A stretch of DNA of 64,000 nt. Origin: Antedon mediterranea. Taxonomy: Eukaryota > Animalia > Echinodermata. The notes under the pieces are model-generated. The model made no database searches. It saw only the letters and a program-made list of their open reading frames with translations, and was not told where the DNA came from. The DNA lies in the NCBI RefSeq assembly GCF_964355755.1, contig NC_092679.1:20071432-20135431 (forward strand). Direction: 5' to 3'. Shown here piece by piece: positions 37,590 to 63,699 of the stretch (positions within the stretch are counted from its first letter, which is position 1; each line of letters starts with the position of its first letter). A program made the position numbers and the translations under genes.

Positions 37590-38590
37590 TCTATAAATTT
37601 ACGTAAGGGCAAAATTCGGTAAATCGCGCGTTACTTCTAGAATGTTTACTCGATGGTATATAAAGTTGGTTCGTACTTTCGGTACTGATTTTAACCTTGT
37701 TTACTAATTAAATTGAGTTAGATAATAAGTTATTAACAATTATAACGAAATTAGGTTCAACGATTTGCTTCCCCAAATAGGGGTGTTTTCCGATCGTGGT
37801 AGGCCTATACACTGTCTATAGATGTCCATCTTGAAAAATACCCGCACACAACAATACGAGGATGCTTCGCATTTACCTATCTCCTTCTACAATAATTGTT
37901 TTTGGAGCTGAAAACCGGTAACAAACAGCTCGAGTACAGCATCATATGTTGAAAACAAGACGATTTTCTTTAAAAAATACTATTTTGATAGATTTAATTT
38001 TATACAAATGTATTGATTTGCGATGAACATTCCAATATAATTACAGTACAGTAATTGGTTTAACACAAGTGCCTCTGTAGGTAAATTTATGGGCCCTTGG
38101 GGAATAAACCTTTAGATATTGTTAACCATTTTTGTACGCCATTTGAATAGCAAATGTATTACTGTGAGTAACACATGTACAAATAAACTTATTACTGTGT
38201 GAGTGTGGGTACTGTTATATAAACGCACAATATAGTTACACAAATAAACTTTATTACTGACACTTGCTTCCCAACGTTTGTATTAATAATTACAAAAAAA
38301 ACCCGTTGTAGTGGTGTATCGTTACATGTAGGCTACTTAACTATTTCAATCGACTATGACAGTGACAGTTTTAACAAAATATTAAATCGCAAATGTTATT
38401 TATAGGCCTATAAAACACGAACTGAGAGGATAAAGAATATATTTAAAAATTGTTCCGCTTTTTACCCATCCTCTTCCCATCCCTCAACCCTAATGTTACA
38501 TACAAAACACAAATTGGGTTTGTTTAAATGAGTCCAAATCAAAAAATTTGACTAATTTTATGACTTTAGTTTCTCTTTCGTACCATCTAG
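37590..38590 (+). mobile_element. Non-autonomous Helitron
   Basis: 5' TC (TCTATAAATTTACGTAAGGGCAAAATTCGGTAAATC) after A, 3' CCATCTAG before T, no TSD. The ends and 38240-38540 are homologous to the minus-strand copy at 59297-59870. Confidence 0.8.
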
Positions 38591-39356
38591 TATAAATAAA
38601 ATCATGTTAATAATAAATAAAGTAATGTTTGTCAAAGCAAATAGAAGATTACATTACAGAAATTTTTATTTACCAATACTTTATTAACATTTCAAACCAT
38701 AAATAGTAATAAACATTATTTTTATTTTGTTAATACAAAAATATTGTTTACATTTGTGAAAGAGTTATAAATTAAGACATTGTTTCATGTGAAAAGCCCT
38801 GAGGTTTCCTTGAGTCTCTGGTTCGAATCATATGACTTATGACATGACTTGTATCCTTGTTTTAAATGGTGGATGAGAGGACGGACTAAACATTTACCTT
38901 TATTACAATAACTTAAAACAATTATTTACAAATATATACCAAACATTTTTCTTATGTAATATTTAGAATATAGAATATGTTAAAAAATGATTATGAAATA
39001 TATAAAATATATATATTAATTTTCTTTCTACCATATATCTTTAAAATACATTTATCAAACATATACTAAATATTTTATTTTTGCTGGACGGACATGCTGG
39101 TTAACCTTTAATTAAAATATTATATACTAATAATATTTTGGACGGATTTGATAGGTTAACAATTATATATTTAAAATCCAATGTATGTACTGCAATATAT
39201 ATTTTAAATACTTTCGTATATCATACTTTTTCTTTCTCATAAATAGAACATTAGTATAAAATGAAAACAAATATTGTTCAGACCTCTCTACATCGCAGTA
39301 TTCTAAAATGCTCTCATACAACCCTTATGGAAACTGGGTTCTTGTATTCTTTCTAA

Positions 39357-39585
39357 AGCTTGGTTCCCACTAGAACGTAACACAAGGACGTAAACGCAAT
39401 GCTTAAGCTTGGTTCCCACTAGAACGTAACGCAAGGACGTAAACGCAACGCAAGCGTTTTAACCAATGACAAGCGAAGTTATAGACAGTTAGCAATCACA
39501 AGCGAATAAGCCATCGCTTGTGATTGGTCAATTCATGTTGCGTTGCGTTATGTCCTTGCGTTGCGTCGCTAGTGGGAACCACGCT
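39357..39585 (+). mobile_element. Harbinger MITE family B: full copy 39406-39585 plus a truncated left end 39357-39402
   Basis: TIR AGCTTGGTTCCCACTAG / CTAGTGGGAACCACGCT; TTA TSD at 39403-39405 and 39586-39588. Confidence 0.88.
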
Positions 39586-40019
39586 TTATTTATATCAACA
39601 GTATATACTGAAAAAAAAAAGAAGTTAAATTTCAACTGAAACTTGACACAAACCAAGCCTAGTCTTTCGAAAATTGCATTTGTGAAGTTTACCAAATTTA
39701 ATTCACTTTTCACACTTTCAAAAAGTAAAAAGTTTTAATCAGGTTTGCATAGAGTGAAAACAATTTTGCGGAACATCTCCCAAGATTTCACAAGGAATGG
39801 TATTAAACTGACCAATCAAATAGTGCGCGAACAAGATTTCTCAGGGTCTATGTATGCGTATGCGTGTTTGAAAAACCGTGTTACAAGTTGTAACAATTTA
39901 TGCAGATATGAAAAGGGTATACAGTAAGTGTGTTATAAATGCCACACCTCGGGGGGCATTTTACATTAGGTTAAGTGTGTGATTGCATTCCCTCGACAAG
40001 GCCTGCCATAACTATATAA

Positions 40020-46349
<6,330 letters not shown>

Positions 46350-46879
46350 GATGAGTTGGTGAGTTTAATGATTGATGTAACCATGGCAACTAACTAGATT
46401 TATCAACAACATTTCATTATTTCTGCATAGTGGTTATAAAGACTTCATTTTTTATAATCTGAAATAACAAAAAAGAAACAATATATTATTATTATCAACA
46501 TTTTAAAATTGTACAGAAAATAGTGAAAATAATTGAGAGTTTCTTATCTTGGGCCTATAATAATAAATTCAAACCCTTATTTATTTAAAATCAACATCTT
46601 TCCGTGTTGGCTATATTGTTGTCAACTCCCTTTCGCACCACATCATTCATCATCATTCTTCTTCTTCACATCAACACAGCAAATTTGTTGCCTCCTCCTA
46701 AAATCTACCACTGCTGCTAGTCTGTGAGGCTAGGCCAGGCCTCTAGCCTAGCTAGCAGTTAGCGCCCTAAATACGACATGTAGAACCTCTTTTTTAATAC
46801 TTTCGTTTTTCATGAAGAAGGACACATTCTGTTTACATTGATAATCAATAAGTTGTTTAATATAATCACATTTTTATAC

Positions 46880-47075
46880 CAAAACCTACCTGTTTTTAAT
46901 TTAGTATCTTTCAGTTTGACCTGATTGTTTTTGCTGTCAAGCAACATGACGCTCTTTAAGAATAGAGAGGGCGTCCCATGTGTTTTCCTCTCTGCTCTCA
47001 GGGTCATGGGTCAATAATGACGCTTTTAACTTAAGAATTCGTCGTATGATGTGTGAATGATCGAAAAAAGGTATA
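46880..47075. promoter_or_regulatory. Putative bidirectional promoter shared by PCNX4 and SRP54
   Basis: The start codons are only 1174 bp apart, head-to-head. Divergent donor sites (minus CAG|GTAGGT ~46888; plus AAG|GTATAG 47071) and matching acceptors (46459; 47213 or 47445) bracket a ~180-bp core with two ATGACGCT motifs. Confidence 0.6.
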
Positions 47076-47502
47076 GGGGCTATATAGCCTAATAAAACTA
47101 AACATATTGTTCATGTTTAAAGCTTTTGTATGTAGAAATTCTATTTCTTCGTGTAAACGTGATATATGTGTTAGTTATATTATAATTACAATAAATTTTT
47201 TTATGTTTTTTAGGCTGTAATTGGAGACCAATTTGTGTAAATAGCCAGGCTACCGAAAGTACAATCCTTCCTTGTTAAAGACGACGAACACGTCGGCAAC
47301 CGTTCGTCTCCTACCCACCGTTGTGTGGATGCTCTAGGCCTAGCTTTAAGTTAACATAGAGCTAGCTCTGGCAGGATCTCATCTCATAGAAAATTGGATC
47401 ATCAACTCTCAACTTAAAGATCTGGAGCCAATTTTTATTTTCTAGGTTCAATTTGATTATTTTAAGTTTACCTAGTAGGCCCTAAATTTATTTAAGAAGT
47501 GA

Positions 47503-53825
<6,323 letters not shown>

Positions 53826-55011
53826 TAATAAAAATAACTATTTTAAATATTAACTACATAACACAAACAACTTTCCTAAAACTGGACACCCTTGGGCTAG
53901 CCACAAAATCTGGTTTTCTTTAAAAAAATTGTTTGAAATTCATTTATATAAGAAAGAATTTTTGAGAAAATGCTAGTTTAAAGGGATAATTTTAACGAGT
54001 CCAGTTTTTGGGGAGTTGACTTTAATGCATCTGAACGATACACCATTACGGTAATTTTTATTTTTTCCTTATTAAAAATATTTTTATTTATATTTTTTGT
54101 TATTGATTGATTATGAATTTTTAAATACACTTTGTTGAGATACAGCTAATCATTAATTTTAAATATAAATTTGATGATTATTATTATGTATGGTGGATAA
54201 TGGCATAGAATACTAAAGACACACTGTAATATGAATACGGAAATGAATAACTGAATTTGGCCCCCTTTTGATGCCTAGAGGTTAACGATAATAATGGTTG
54301 ACTTATATAATACCTAATGCAAACATTTCCGTGTATTAATATTGTGCTTTATACTGTCGTATGAAAGCATCACAGTAGCCTAGATGTTAAACAATACAAT
54401 AACAAACCTCAATTCAACAAAGCCGTTATTTTGAAAGTAAATAACAAAGAAAGAGATATTTGAATGGCGTTTATTCAGTTTTTATTAGAATACATAGAAC
54501 CGTATACATTAACAAAAGCATATTTAAAAGAAATGCCAGTTGAATACAACAAGATATAGTCTGTATAACGTAAATAAGTATCCTTGGCAAATTCGTTATT
54601 CCAGTAACCAAGAATGTCTTTATACTGTGTTATAATACGAATATTTACTGCAGTTGATGAAGTAAAATGTTACCTTACTGCAGTAATCGAACCATAGAAT
54701 AATATTTCCTCAAGGATCTGCCTATGCTGTTACCATAATACTCTCATATATATAGACAACAGCCTATTTGTCATGCGACTGTGATATGTTAGCAAAACAA
54801 TCTCCACACGAATGTATAATTTTAATACATTTTAATTAATTTCAGTTGTCTTGTAAAATATTAAAATACAGTACATATTATGAAATCGATTTTCTTTAGT
54901 TTTAAATTGAGTGTTTCAGAATATTTCAAATTTCTTTTGAATTTTCTGTCATTAAAACATTTTCTGACTCTGGAGAATGTGCTGATTTATACCTTTATTC
55001 CAGTTCCTCTT

Positions 55012-57236
55012 CTAAATTTGGAATATAGTTTTGTTTTCCGCCTCATACGTTAAGTTAGTTTCCCCATTTAAGCTATTTGTGGTCCCTACTGTTGATTCTG
55101 GTAGCTCAATCTCCGTAACGCCTCCATTTTCGGGTGTGTCTCTGTTCTTTCTATTACCTCTAGATTCTCGTACTACGACCGCGTCGAAACGTTTACGATT
55201 CAGTTCGCGGCGTTGCATGAACAAGATGCGCATCCTCTTCAATTGCAGTACAATAGTTAGAATGTTCTTACACGTAAAAAACAGAAGCAGTTCGTTGATT
55301 ACTTTTTTGTAAAGCAGGAGATACAGTCGAACACCAAGAAACGGTCCGTCTTGTACAACAATGCTAACCAGTATTGCCCAGATCTCCGTCCCGCAACATT
55401 TAGCTACGGATTCTTTCTGTTTAATTAAGTTATTAATTGCGGAGTTTTTGACAGGATTCCTAGCTGTTTTCGTCAACGGCAATGTGAACTGAAAAAGGCT
55501 ACCGGTCCAGATAACAAGAATGGCGTATATAATAGTTTTATTGCACCGTATACCGTCCAAACGTAACCCCTCAGCTGCAAATTCAAGGATGTCTGCACCA
55601 CTACCAACGTAAACCAGAAGCAGCTGAGAGTGTTCGTTATTCGTCAGTTTTCCACGTGGAAGAATCCAACGTCCCATTATGAGTACAAATATCAATAGTT
55701 GTTGAAGAATCAACGACCAGTTTTCCCCTGTACCCTAAATCATGAAAGGAAAAAAAAATGATAATACTGTATTTCGATATTGTCCCCCACAAACATGAAA
55801 AATGAAGATTAATTAAATCAGATTTTGAATAGGTTATTTTGTAGTTTTAATCAAGTTAATCACTTCCGTATAAAAAAAACGGGGAAAAATGGTTAAATTC
55901 AACAAAAAATCCATTAGCTGGCAGCCAATTTGACATTTTTTTGCTTTAAATTACAGTTTTTTCAGGTAAATTCATTTTGTTCAATCCAAAGTGGATGACT
56001 ATTATGTGAGATTAAAATGGCATATTCAACAAAACAAATGTGGGACAATACATCTTTAATACACAAATTTATGATTTTCACATGATCAAAAATATTTACA
56101 AAAAAATGCCACACGAAACAAATCTGGTACACATTTAGTATTGTTTTAAAATATCGAATTAGAGGATAACAGATGATGTTAAGAAAAATAAGAACAGCTT
56201 AAGTAAGTACTTACTTCCAAACCAAGGACTAATATAAAGTCTATGGTTCTATTATCGACAGGTGGGTTCAATATTCCGCAATCATCGTCATCAGTCGTTC
56301 TGATTTCCAGACGACTATACAACACGTCCAATTCTAAGATCCATAAAACGGGAATAACCACAAGCAGGTAGCAGAGGACACAACTAAAAAACCTAAATGA
56401 ATTATTTTCAACCGGTTATTAACAATGTGTATTACCAGCAAGCCTTAAAGATGTATTGTCTCCCTAAAAAATAATGTTTACATTTTTTTTGTTGAATATT
56501 CCATTTTAATATCCCACAATAGTTATCCACTTTGACCAAAAATTGGATCTAAACAAAATTTATTTACTTGAATAAATGTAATATAAAGAAAAAATTGTAA
56601 AATTGGCTGCCAGCCAATGGATTTTTGGTTGAATTTAACCATTTATTATGTTATTTTATAAGTGAAAACATTTTTTCTTTTCTTACGGAAGTGATTAATT
56701 TTATTAGAACTACAAAATAATCTATTCAAAGTCTGATTGAATTAATCTTCATTTTTCATGTTTTGGGGGACAATACATCTTTAAATAACAGCAGTTTAGC
56801 GTCATAGCTAAAGCTTGGTTCCCACTAGCAACACAAGGACGTAAGCCGACGCACAGTGATTTGACCAATCACAAAGGATGGGTTATTTAAATTGGCGCTT
56901 GTCATTGGTCACTGCGTCATAATAGAAACCAAGCTTTAGAAACTACGTGATTGTGTTCTAGAGTAACTTATCCTAGGTTATGATGTTTATAATTAAAATA
57001 CTATACCATTTCCATTCCTTTCCTTTGCGAATAACAGCGACGAAAATAAACTCTACATACATAGCTCCCAACAGGAACATGAAAAACCAAATGTAAGGCT
57101 CCTCAACGAAAAACGCAACCTGGTATACACACATTGTTGCGTGAGCCGTGAAGATCAATCGAGCGAGTAGCCCTTGGCCAAATTGTCTAGATATAACGGT
57201 TTTTTTCAGCACTTTTCCTGAAATGGATCCCGCCAT
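55012..57236 (-). CDS. TMEM26: Transmembrane protein 26-like, copy A (~376 aa, 3 exons)
   Basis: LLARLIFTAHA, VIPVLWILEL, GRWILPRG...SQLLLVYVGSGADILEF, QDGPFLGVRL and FFTCKNIL match the TMEM26 family. Exons 57007-57236, 56215-56392, 55012-55734. Alternative in-frame ATG at 57266. Confidence 0.9.
55776..56055 (+). mobile_element. Kolobok-like MITE family C
   Basis: TATTGTCCCCC...GGGACAATACATCT followed by TTAA; TMEM26-A intron 2. Confidence 0.8.
56449..56780 (-). mobile_element. Kolobok-like MITE family C
   Basis: TTAA|AGATGTATTGTC...GACAATACATCT|TTAA. A TTAA TSD with AG..CT ends fits Kolobok rather than piggyBac. Inverted relative to 55776-56055. Confidence 0.85.
56812..56935 (+). mobile_element. 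Harbinger MITE family B (internally deleted)
   Basis: AGCTTGGTTCCCACTAG ... GAAACCAAGCT, TWA flanks. Confidence 0.75.
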
Positions 57237-58659
57237 GTTTGTCTTCTTGTTGATTTTACCAACCATGCCTAGTGGTAGATACTTCTATCTATTATTCTAC
57301 GAATAATAATTCCCGGCTAAGCACAACGAGAATTGAATAGATGTGTTTTATTTATACAATTCTTCAACTGTAATAATAGGCTAAAGCGTCGTCACAGTTG
57401 ATCAATGAACACTGAACGTCTATAGAGAGCTTTCGATTTGCGACTACCTATAGGAAGGAGAAAGACTTGCATAAACAGGATGTAATGGAAATTCTTCAAA
57501 AAAAAAACCCATCATCGAAACTGAGGAATCGAAATCACGTCCCAATAATAATTCGTGTGTGCGCACAATGAATGAAACATGTAAAATGACCTTAAAAAGG
57601 AACAACATTATTATAGCAATAATCATAATAATAATCCAGGATCCGGGTGTGCGCTAACATTAACAAATATAAACACTTTTTTCACTCTAGAACTAGAATA
57701 ACCATCATGCTTCCATTAATGAAAATGATATTTTCACACGTTCAATCAAATGACGTAATGTTAGTAAGAGCAATAATATCGTGACAATACAACGATTTTA
57801 TTGTTTTTATTTATTATTGGAATTTCAACAATATTATTGTTATCAATGACAGCATAATTGGTTATCCTATAGTTCTAGAATGAAAACCTTTCTTAATTTC
57901 TTTTGTTTTATGTAAACAAAAAAATGCATACTTATAGGCTATTTATCGTCGATCGTTATCGTCCTAATGTAAATGGGCCTTAATGTTTTATATACTTCCA
58001 TTGTACAGTATTAGCTATAAATGATGAATATGAGTTGGTTTTACAAGTCGGTCGGCATTAATTCTTCTCGGATTATTCTAAGATTTTTGCTGGTAGCGGT
58101 GTGTATAATTAATATACTAGGCCTATGTAGTTTGAATTTATTATCACTAGCATGAAAATAGCATAATAACATTGGCGAAGTGCCAATTAAGAGCAAACGA
58201 TGAGCCGAAAGTCCAACACAGAAGTGGATAGGCTACCTCTTGGTGGTAAAAATACAATCTATTTAGACACATGTCATATAAAACTGCATAATGCAATGAT
58301 ACATCATTGTAAGAAACAAACATTGAAACAATCATCTTGTAGTATATTGTATTATTATTTGCTAGTACATACTAAATATACATTATAATGAACAATTCAC
58401 AATGTTAGGAATGAATTTGTTGGTAACAAATAAGCCTAATCATAGTTTCATTTTCTTTTCTTTATGTCTTGTATACATGAGTATGCTGCTTCCATGCTTT
58501 TGTTTGTGTGTATGGCCGATGTCTGTCTTACACGACGATGTCAATATAGTTAAATTCGTCTGAATTATGGATAAAAGAAGACTGTTTAAAGCACTAGATG
58601 CAGGGGCTATCATAAGATAGTCAACGGTGCTGATTTCAAATGCCTAATGGGACCCTCAG

Positions 58660-58775
58660 CATATACAGCACCCGGTATTCTCAGATGGTCCACGCTCTAA
58701 CCAGGCCCAACGTTGCTTATAACTTCTGTGATCTGACGAGAACCGGTGTTTCAAAACGTTGTAAAGCCGTATATG
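58660..58775 (-). pseudogene. 5S rRNA-derived sequence (pseudogene or SINE3 head)
   Basis: Minus strand TACGGC..TAC..CG..TGAA.CACCGGTTCTCGTCAGATCAC.GAAGTT..AAGCAACGTTGGGCCTGGTTAG...GACC..CTG.GAATACCGGGTGCTGTA aligns end to end with metazoan 5S rRNA. There is a deletion in box C and no T4 terminator directly after. Confidence 0.85.
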
Positions 58776-59296
58776 ATATGTATAATGTGCCCACAATTTG
58801 AAGGACGTATGCCCGTTAAAATAATTAATTTTAGTCGTTAATATTACATAAATATTACTTTTAATTGTAGCATTTTTGTGATGTCAACATACTTATTTAA
58901 ACATTTTCAACTTTAAATCCTCTTTTGAATCTCTATTTAGGGCCTACCAAATTTAAATCCTAACAAGAATACATTTGCTTTGTACGTGTACCGGTACAAT
59001 ATTTCTTAAACCCTTTCAACCTTATTACCTTATTTACATAGCGTAAGAACATTTCTAGGCCCATTTCTCAGGCCTAGGTGCAAGTTTTTGGGACAATAAA
59101 ATATTTAACTTCATGAACTTTAAAACGTCAAATTAACCTAGAATATTTAGTAAATTTCAATAATTATTTATTTATTATTATTTATATGATCATAATTATT
59201 CTTGATTCATTGCAAAAGGTGATAAAATAGCTAAAAAACTAAATCTTGTTTTGTACGGTCCTATACGAATATATAATGAACACGCTTTACTAATAA

Positions 59297-59870
59297 CTAG
59301 ATGGCACGCTCGCTTCGCTCGCGTACCATCTAGGTCGTGCCCACATATGGTTCTCGAATACATAGTAATTTCAGCGTAAAAAAACTGGCGATTTCAAAAT
59401 GTAGGCCTACGTACCGCATGACTATAAAACATTTATTTATGTATTTATGTAGTCAACCAAAATTAGCACCGTGCGAATTACTTCCAAAAGAGAAACTTCT
59501 CACAAAATGAGTCCAAATGTTTCATTTGGACTCATTTAAACAAACCCAATTTGTATTTTGTATCTAACATTATTGAGGGTTGGGTTTTTTTTTTAATAGG
59601 CCTATAAATAACATAACACTAAATAGAGTAAAACATTTCCGATTTAATAACTGTTAAAATTGTCACTGTCATAGTCGATTGAAATAGTAAAGTACATGTA
59701 ACGATACACCACCACGACGTTTATATTTTTTTGTAATTATTAATCAATACAAACGTTGAGAAGCAACTGTCAGTAATAAAGTATTATATTATTATTATAC
59801 CATCGAGTAGAAATTCTAGAAATAAACCGAGATTTACCGAATTTTGCCCTTACGTAAATTTATATATAGA
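59297..59870 (-). mobile_element. Non-autonomous Helitron, complete ends
   Basis: Minus strand starts TCTATATATAAATTTACG after A and ends with hairpin CTAGATGGTACGCGAGCGAAGCGAGCGTGCCATCTAG before T. Confidence 0.88.
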
Positions 59871-60491
59871 TTAGGAGGAGTCAGCAGCTCAAATGCTGAC
59901 ATATATATTTTTGGTTCCTCATTTACCCGAAAATCGCCCAAAACATGTTTAAACGCATACGACAGATGACAATATTCTTTCTTCTTATGTTCTGTCGTTT
60001 AATTTGTAAATGGACATTCACCAGTGTAAACTGCGTAAAAGTAACGAGCAAATAATGTATAAGCAATAAGTTTTCAATGCAGAGTAAACAGGGATGCTGC
60101 AGAGAAAAATAACCTTTATCGCCCTGTTAGATCTAATTATAAAGTTTAAATGAAACCAGTAATGGGTGACATCCAGATACATTCTCTTCATTATGTGCTA
60201 TAACAATCATGGACATTTGTCCTTAAGCTCTGTCCATGGTTTTCTTGGAATTTTCTTAATGCATGCGATTCATTTTTTAAAATGTTTTATAAGAGTTGGT
60301 GTCAGTTTAATTCGAAATGGTAGCATAAATCAAAGTCGATGTGTCAAAATTTAGTGCTTTTAGGAAGAAAACATTATATAAAAACCGCCCTCCCTCCCCT
60401 GAAATTGATTAATAGGTTGACGTTTAACAAGTATCCTTGGCCTATACTATATACATAACTTTCATCCTATAGGATCTGATTCATGTATACG

Positions 60492-61994
60492 CTATATGAT
60501 TTTGACCATGTAGCCTATAACAACTTTATCAACAATTTTATTGAGTCTTTTGTTTAATAAGATCCGGATCCTTTTCAGTTGCAGTACGATGGTTATGATA
60601 TTCTTACACGTGAAAAATATAAGGAACTCATTGGCGACTTGTTTATAAAATAGAAGGTAAAGCCGAACACCAAGAAACGGTCCGTCTTGAAACAACATGA
60701 TAACCAATATTGCCCATATCTCCGTCCCCCAGAATTTATCTACACATATCCTACACAGTTTAGGCCTATATTTAGCACAAGCGAATTCACCATTGTGCTC
60801 CTCTGCTGGGGCTGACGTCCTTGTTAAAGGCATAGTAAATTGTAAAAGACCACATGTCCAGATAACAAGAATGGCGTATATGGTTGATGTATTGCACTGT
60901 ATCTCGTCCAATCGTAATCCTTCAACTGAAAATTCTAAGAGGTCTGCACCACTACCGACGTACACCAAAAGGAGCTGAGAGTGTTCGTTATTCGTCATTT
61001 CTCCACGAGGAAGAATCCAATGGCCCACAATAAGTACAATTATTAATAGTTGCTGAAGTATCAACGACCAGTTTTCTCCGTTATTCTAAAACGTTAAAAG
61101 AACGGTAAAAGTATTTCATGCGAATTTTTTTTTTCTATACGTTCTAAAATTAATATCAAAAAGACAAGAAACAAGGCGAACGAATAAACAACATCGGCAA
61201 TATTACAAAAAGCACAAATAAAAAATCTAAAAATAGTGAAGTTAGGCAGAAAATATCAAATTATAAGCGCCTAATATGCCTATAAGAAATACTAATTTGT
61301 CACTATCGTTAGATCACAGATGTCTTACCTGTCATGATTAAAAACGTTCATCTGGTTTTAAATACACATGCGTTAGTAGTTCCTTTTTTAAAAAGTAGTT
61401 GCTTTTTAAGAAACTTATACCACATCAATAATTAAGAAACATATCTTACTTCTAAGCCAAATACTGCAATAAAGGCTATGGTTTTATTATCGACAGATTC
61501 ATCGTCCACTAACCCGCAATCATCGTCATCGCTCAATCTTATCGCCAGACGACTTTCTAAGAAATTCAATTCTAAGATCCATAAAACAGGAATAATGATG
61601 AGTAAATGACAGAGAACAGTAATAGAATACCTATAAAAGAAATTATAACTCAATTTTTAACAAATTGTATATTTATTTTTATCTTTCAAACTTTTAAACG
61701 CAATTTATTTTAAATCTATAGTATTTGTTTGATGTTAGGCTAAAAATTAAATAATTATATACTATACCAATTCCATTCTTTTCTTTGGAGAATGACAACG
61801 AAGAACTCAATGTACAGAACCACCAAAAGGAACATGAAAAACCAAATATAAGGCTGCTCAACGAAAAACGCAACCTTGCTAACACAAAGGGTTGCGTGAG
61901 CCGTGAACAGTAATCGAACGAATATTCCTCTAAAAACCGAAAGTGATCCTTCCGTGGTTTTCCTCGGCGATGTTTCTGAGTTTGATCCTGCCAT
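60492..61994 (-). CDS. TMEM26: Transmembrane protein 26-like, copy B (~333 aa, 3 exons)
   Basis: Same motifs and intron positions/phases as copy A. Exons 61768-61994, 61450-61630, 60492-61085. Confidence 0.9.
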
Positions 61995-62916
61995 GGTGAA
62001 GTTTGCGAAATAACTCGACAGATCGAATCATTGCGTTAAGTAGGCATGGACCATAATCTCCCATTATCCACCGTTGACTATACTATTATATTTCAAATGA
62101 AGATTTCCGAGTATTTCTGAACGGCATTGGATTATTAACATACCGGGTATTGAATCTACGGAACAATAGTATACTGTAATAGGTACGGGACAAGATGCTT
62201 TAGCTACCTTGTCACAATTGAAACAGAAAGTTTAAATTTGTATCCGGATTTTTACATAATAAGGTAAAAGAAAACCTGTTTTACCATTGTTGTTTGTCTT
62301 CATACAAAATAAATCGGAGAAAAAAGTATTAGTTTTGTTAAAAGAAATTAATAGCAATTGCTGGAGAATATTTAATTTAAGTTAGTATAGGTTATTCGAT
62401 ATTTTAGCGCCTGCAACGTTTAACAACGATTTTATCTTAAATAGTATATTAGGGTTTCAAGTTCATTGTTTCACACTATACAATATACAATATAATATAC
62501 AGAACATAAGTCAATAAATAAATTGTGTTTATTGTTATATTTAGACGTTCTATTCTGCGTGTTAATTGGTTATAAATTATCAGCTCAATTTCGTTTAATA
62601 ATATCGTTTGCGCAAGGCCGTGAAAACATTTATACATTGACTACCGGTATAGCTAGGGATAGATCTCTTCTCTCTTCTAAAGTTTACCATGACAGCCCTT
62701 GGATACATTACATTAATAGAATTACATTTTTTGTAACAATTCAAGCCGCTCTTTCTTTCTAAAATAATAATTGTAATAAGAGTGTAACAACATAATTTTT
62801 TATATACAAATTACAACTAGCTGACATTTTGAAACATAATAAAATAAATAAAAATGATTACAGAGAAAATACATGTAACCTTGTGATTCAAATACTTTAT
62901 ACTCATATTAATATAA

Positions 62917-63699
62917 TTATTTGTGTTCATCCATGGAAATACAACTTAATTCATTTTGGCTTTTCGATTCAACTTCATTTTTATTCTCGCCATTACCACT
63001 TTCTACATCCTTTTCTTCCGGCTTTAGTATTTTACACACATCATCCTCCTCCATTTTTTGTTGACTAACATCGCTCATGTTATGCTGTTTTCCTTTTTGC
63101 ACATGCGTATTTCTAAAACTTAATAACCAGTTATTCGCAATATTGCTGCGTCGGAATCTTAGATGTTGAATTCTTTCCTTCAATATCACGCGGAAACGAT
63201 TTCCTTGAAGTAGAATGGTTAAAACATTTTTACAGGCGAAAAAGATAAGAAGTTCATTTACTACATTTTTACCGATTAACAGATACATTCGAATGACAAG
63301 AAACGGTGCGTCTTGTGTCATTACATTAACAATTATCGACCAGACCTCCGTCGCACAGCAAGTAGCCATACCATTCCGTAGTTTTTGGATGCCGCCTGCT
63401 GCTAATTTCGGCAGTCTCTGCGTGTTCGCCTTTGCTGTCATAGGCAGTGTAAAGTGCACCAAGCTAATTGTCCAAATTGTTAATATCACATATATTATAG
63501 TTATATCGTATTCAATTTCATCCAGTCGTAGTCCTTCAGATGCGAACTCTAAGATGTCTGCGCCGCTGCCGATGTACACTAGAAGAAGTTGTGAAAGTTG
63601 GTCACCAGTTAGGTTGCCACGGGGAAGAATCCAACGACCAATTATAAGGACAAATATTAGTAACTGCTGAAGAATTAATGACCAGCTATCTGCTGTACT
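62917..63699 (-). CDS. TMEM26: Transmembrane protein 26-like, copy C (last exon only; 5' exons lie beyond the window)
   Basis: Acceptor at 63700, then STADSWSLILQQLLIFVLIIGRWILPRGNLTGDQLSQLLLVYIGSGADILEF...QDAPFLVIRM...FFACKNVL; TAA at 62917. Confidence 0.88.
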   Translation of the reverse strand, partial: STADSWSLILQQLLIFVLIIGRWILPRGNLTGDQLSQLLLVYIGSGADILEFASEGLRLDEIEYDITIIYVILTIWTISLVHFTLPMTAKANTQRLPKLAAGGIQKLRNGMATCCATEVWSIIVNVMTQDAPFLVIRMYLLIGKNVVNELLIFFACKNVLTILLQGNRFRVILKERIQHLRFRRSNIANNWLLSFRNTHVQKGKQHNMSDVSQQKMEEDDVCKILKPEEKDVESGNGENKNEVESKSQNELSCISMDEHK

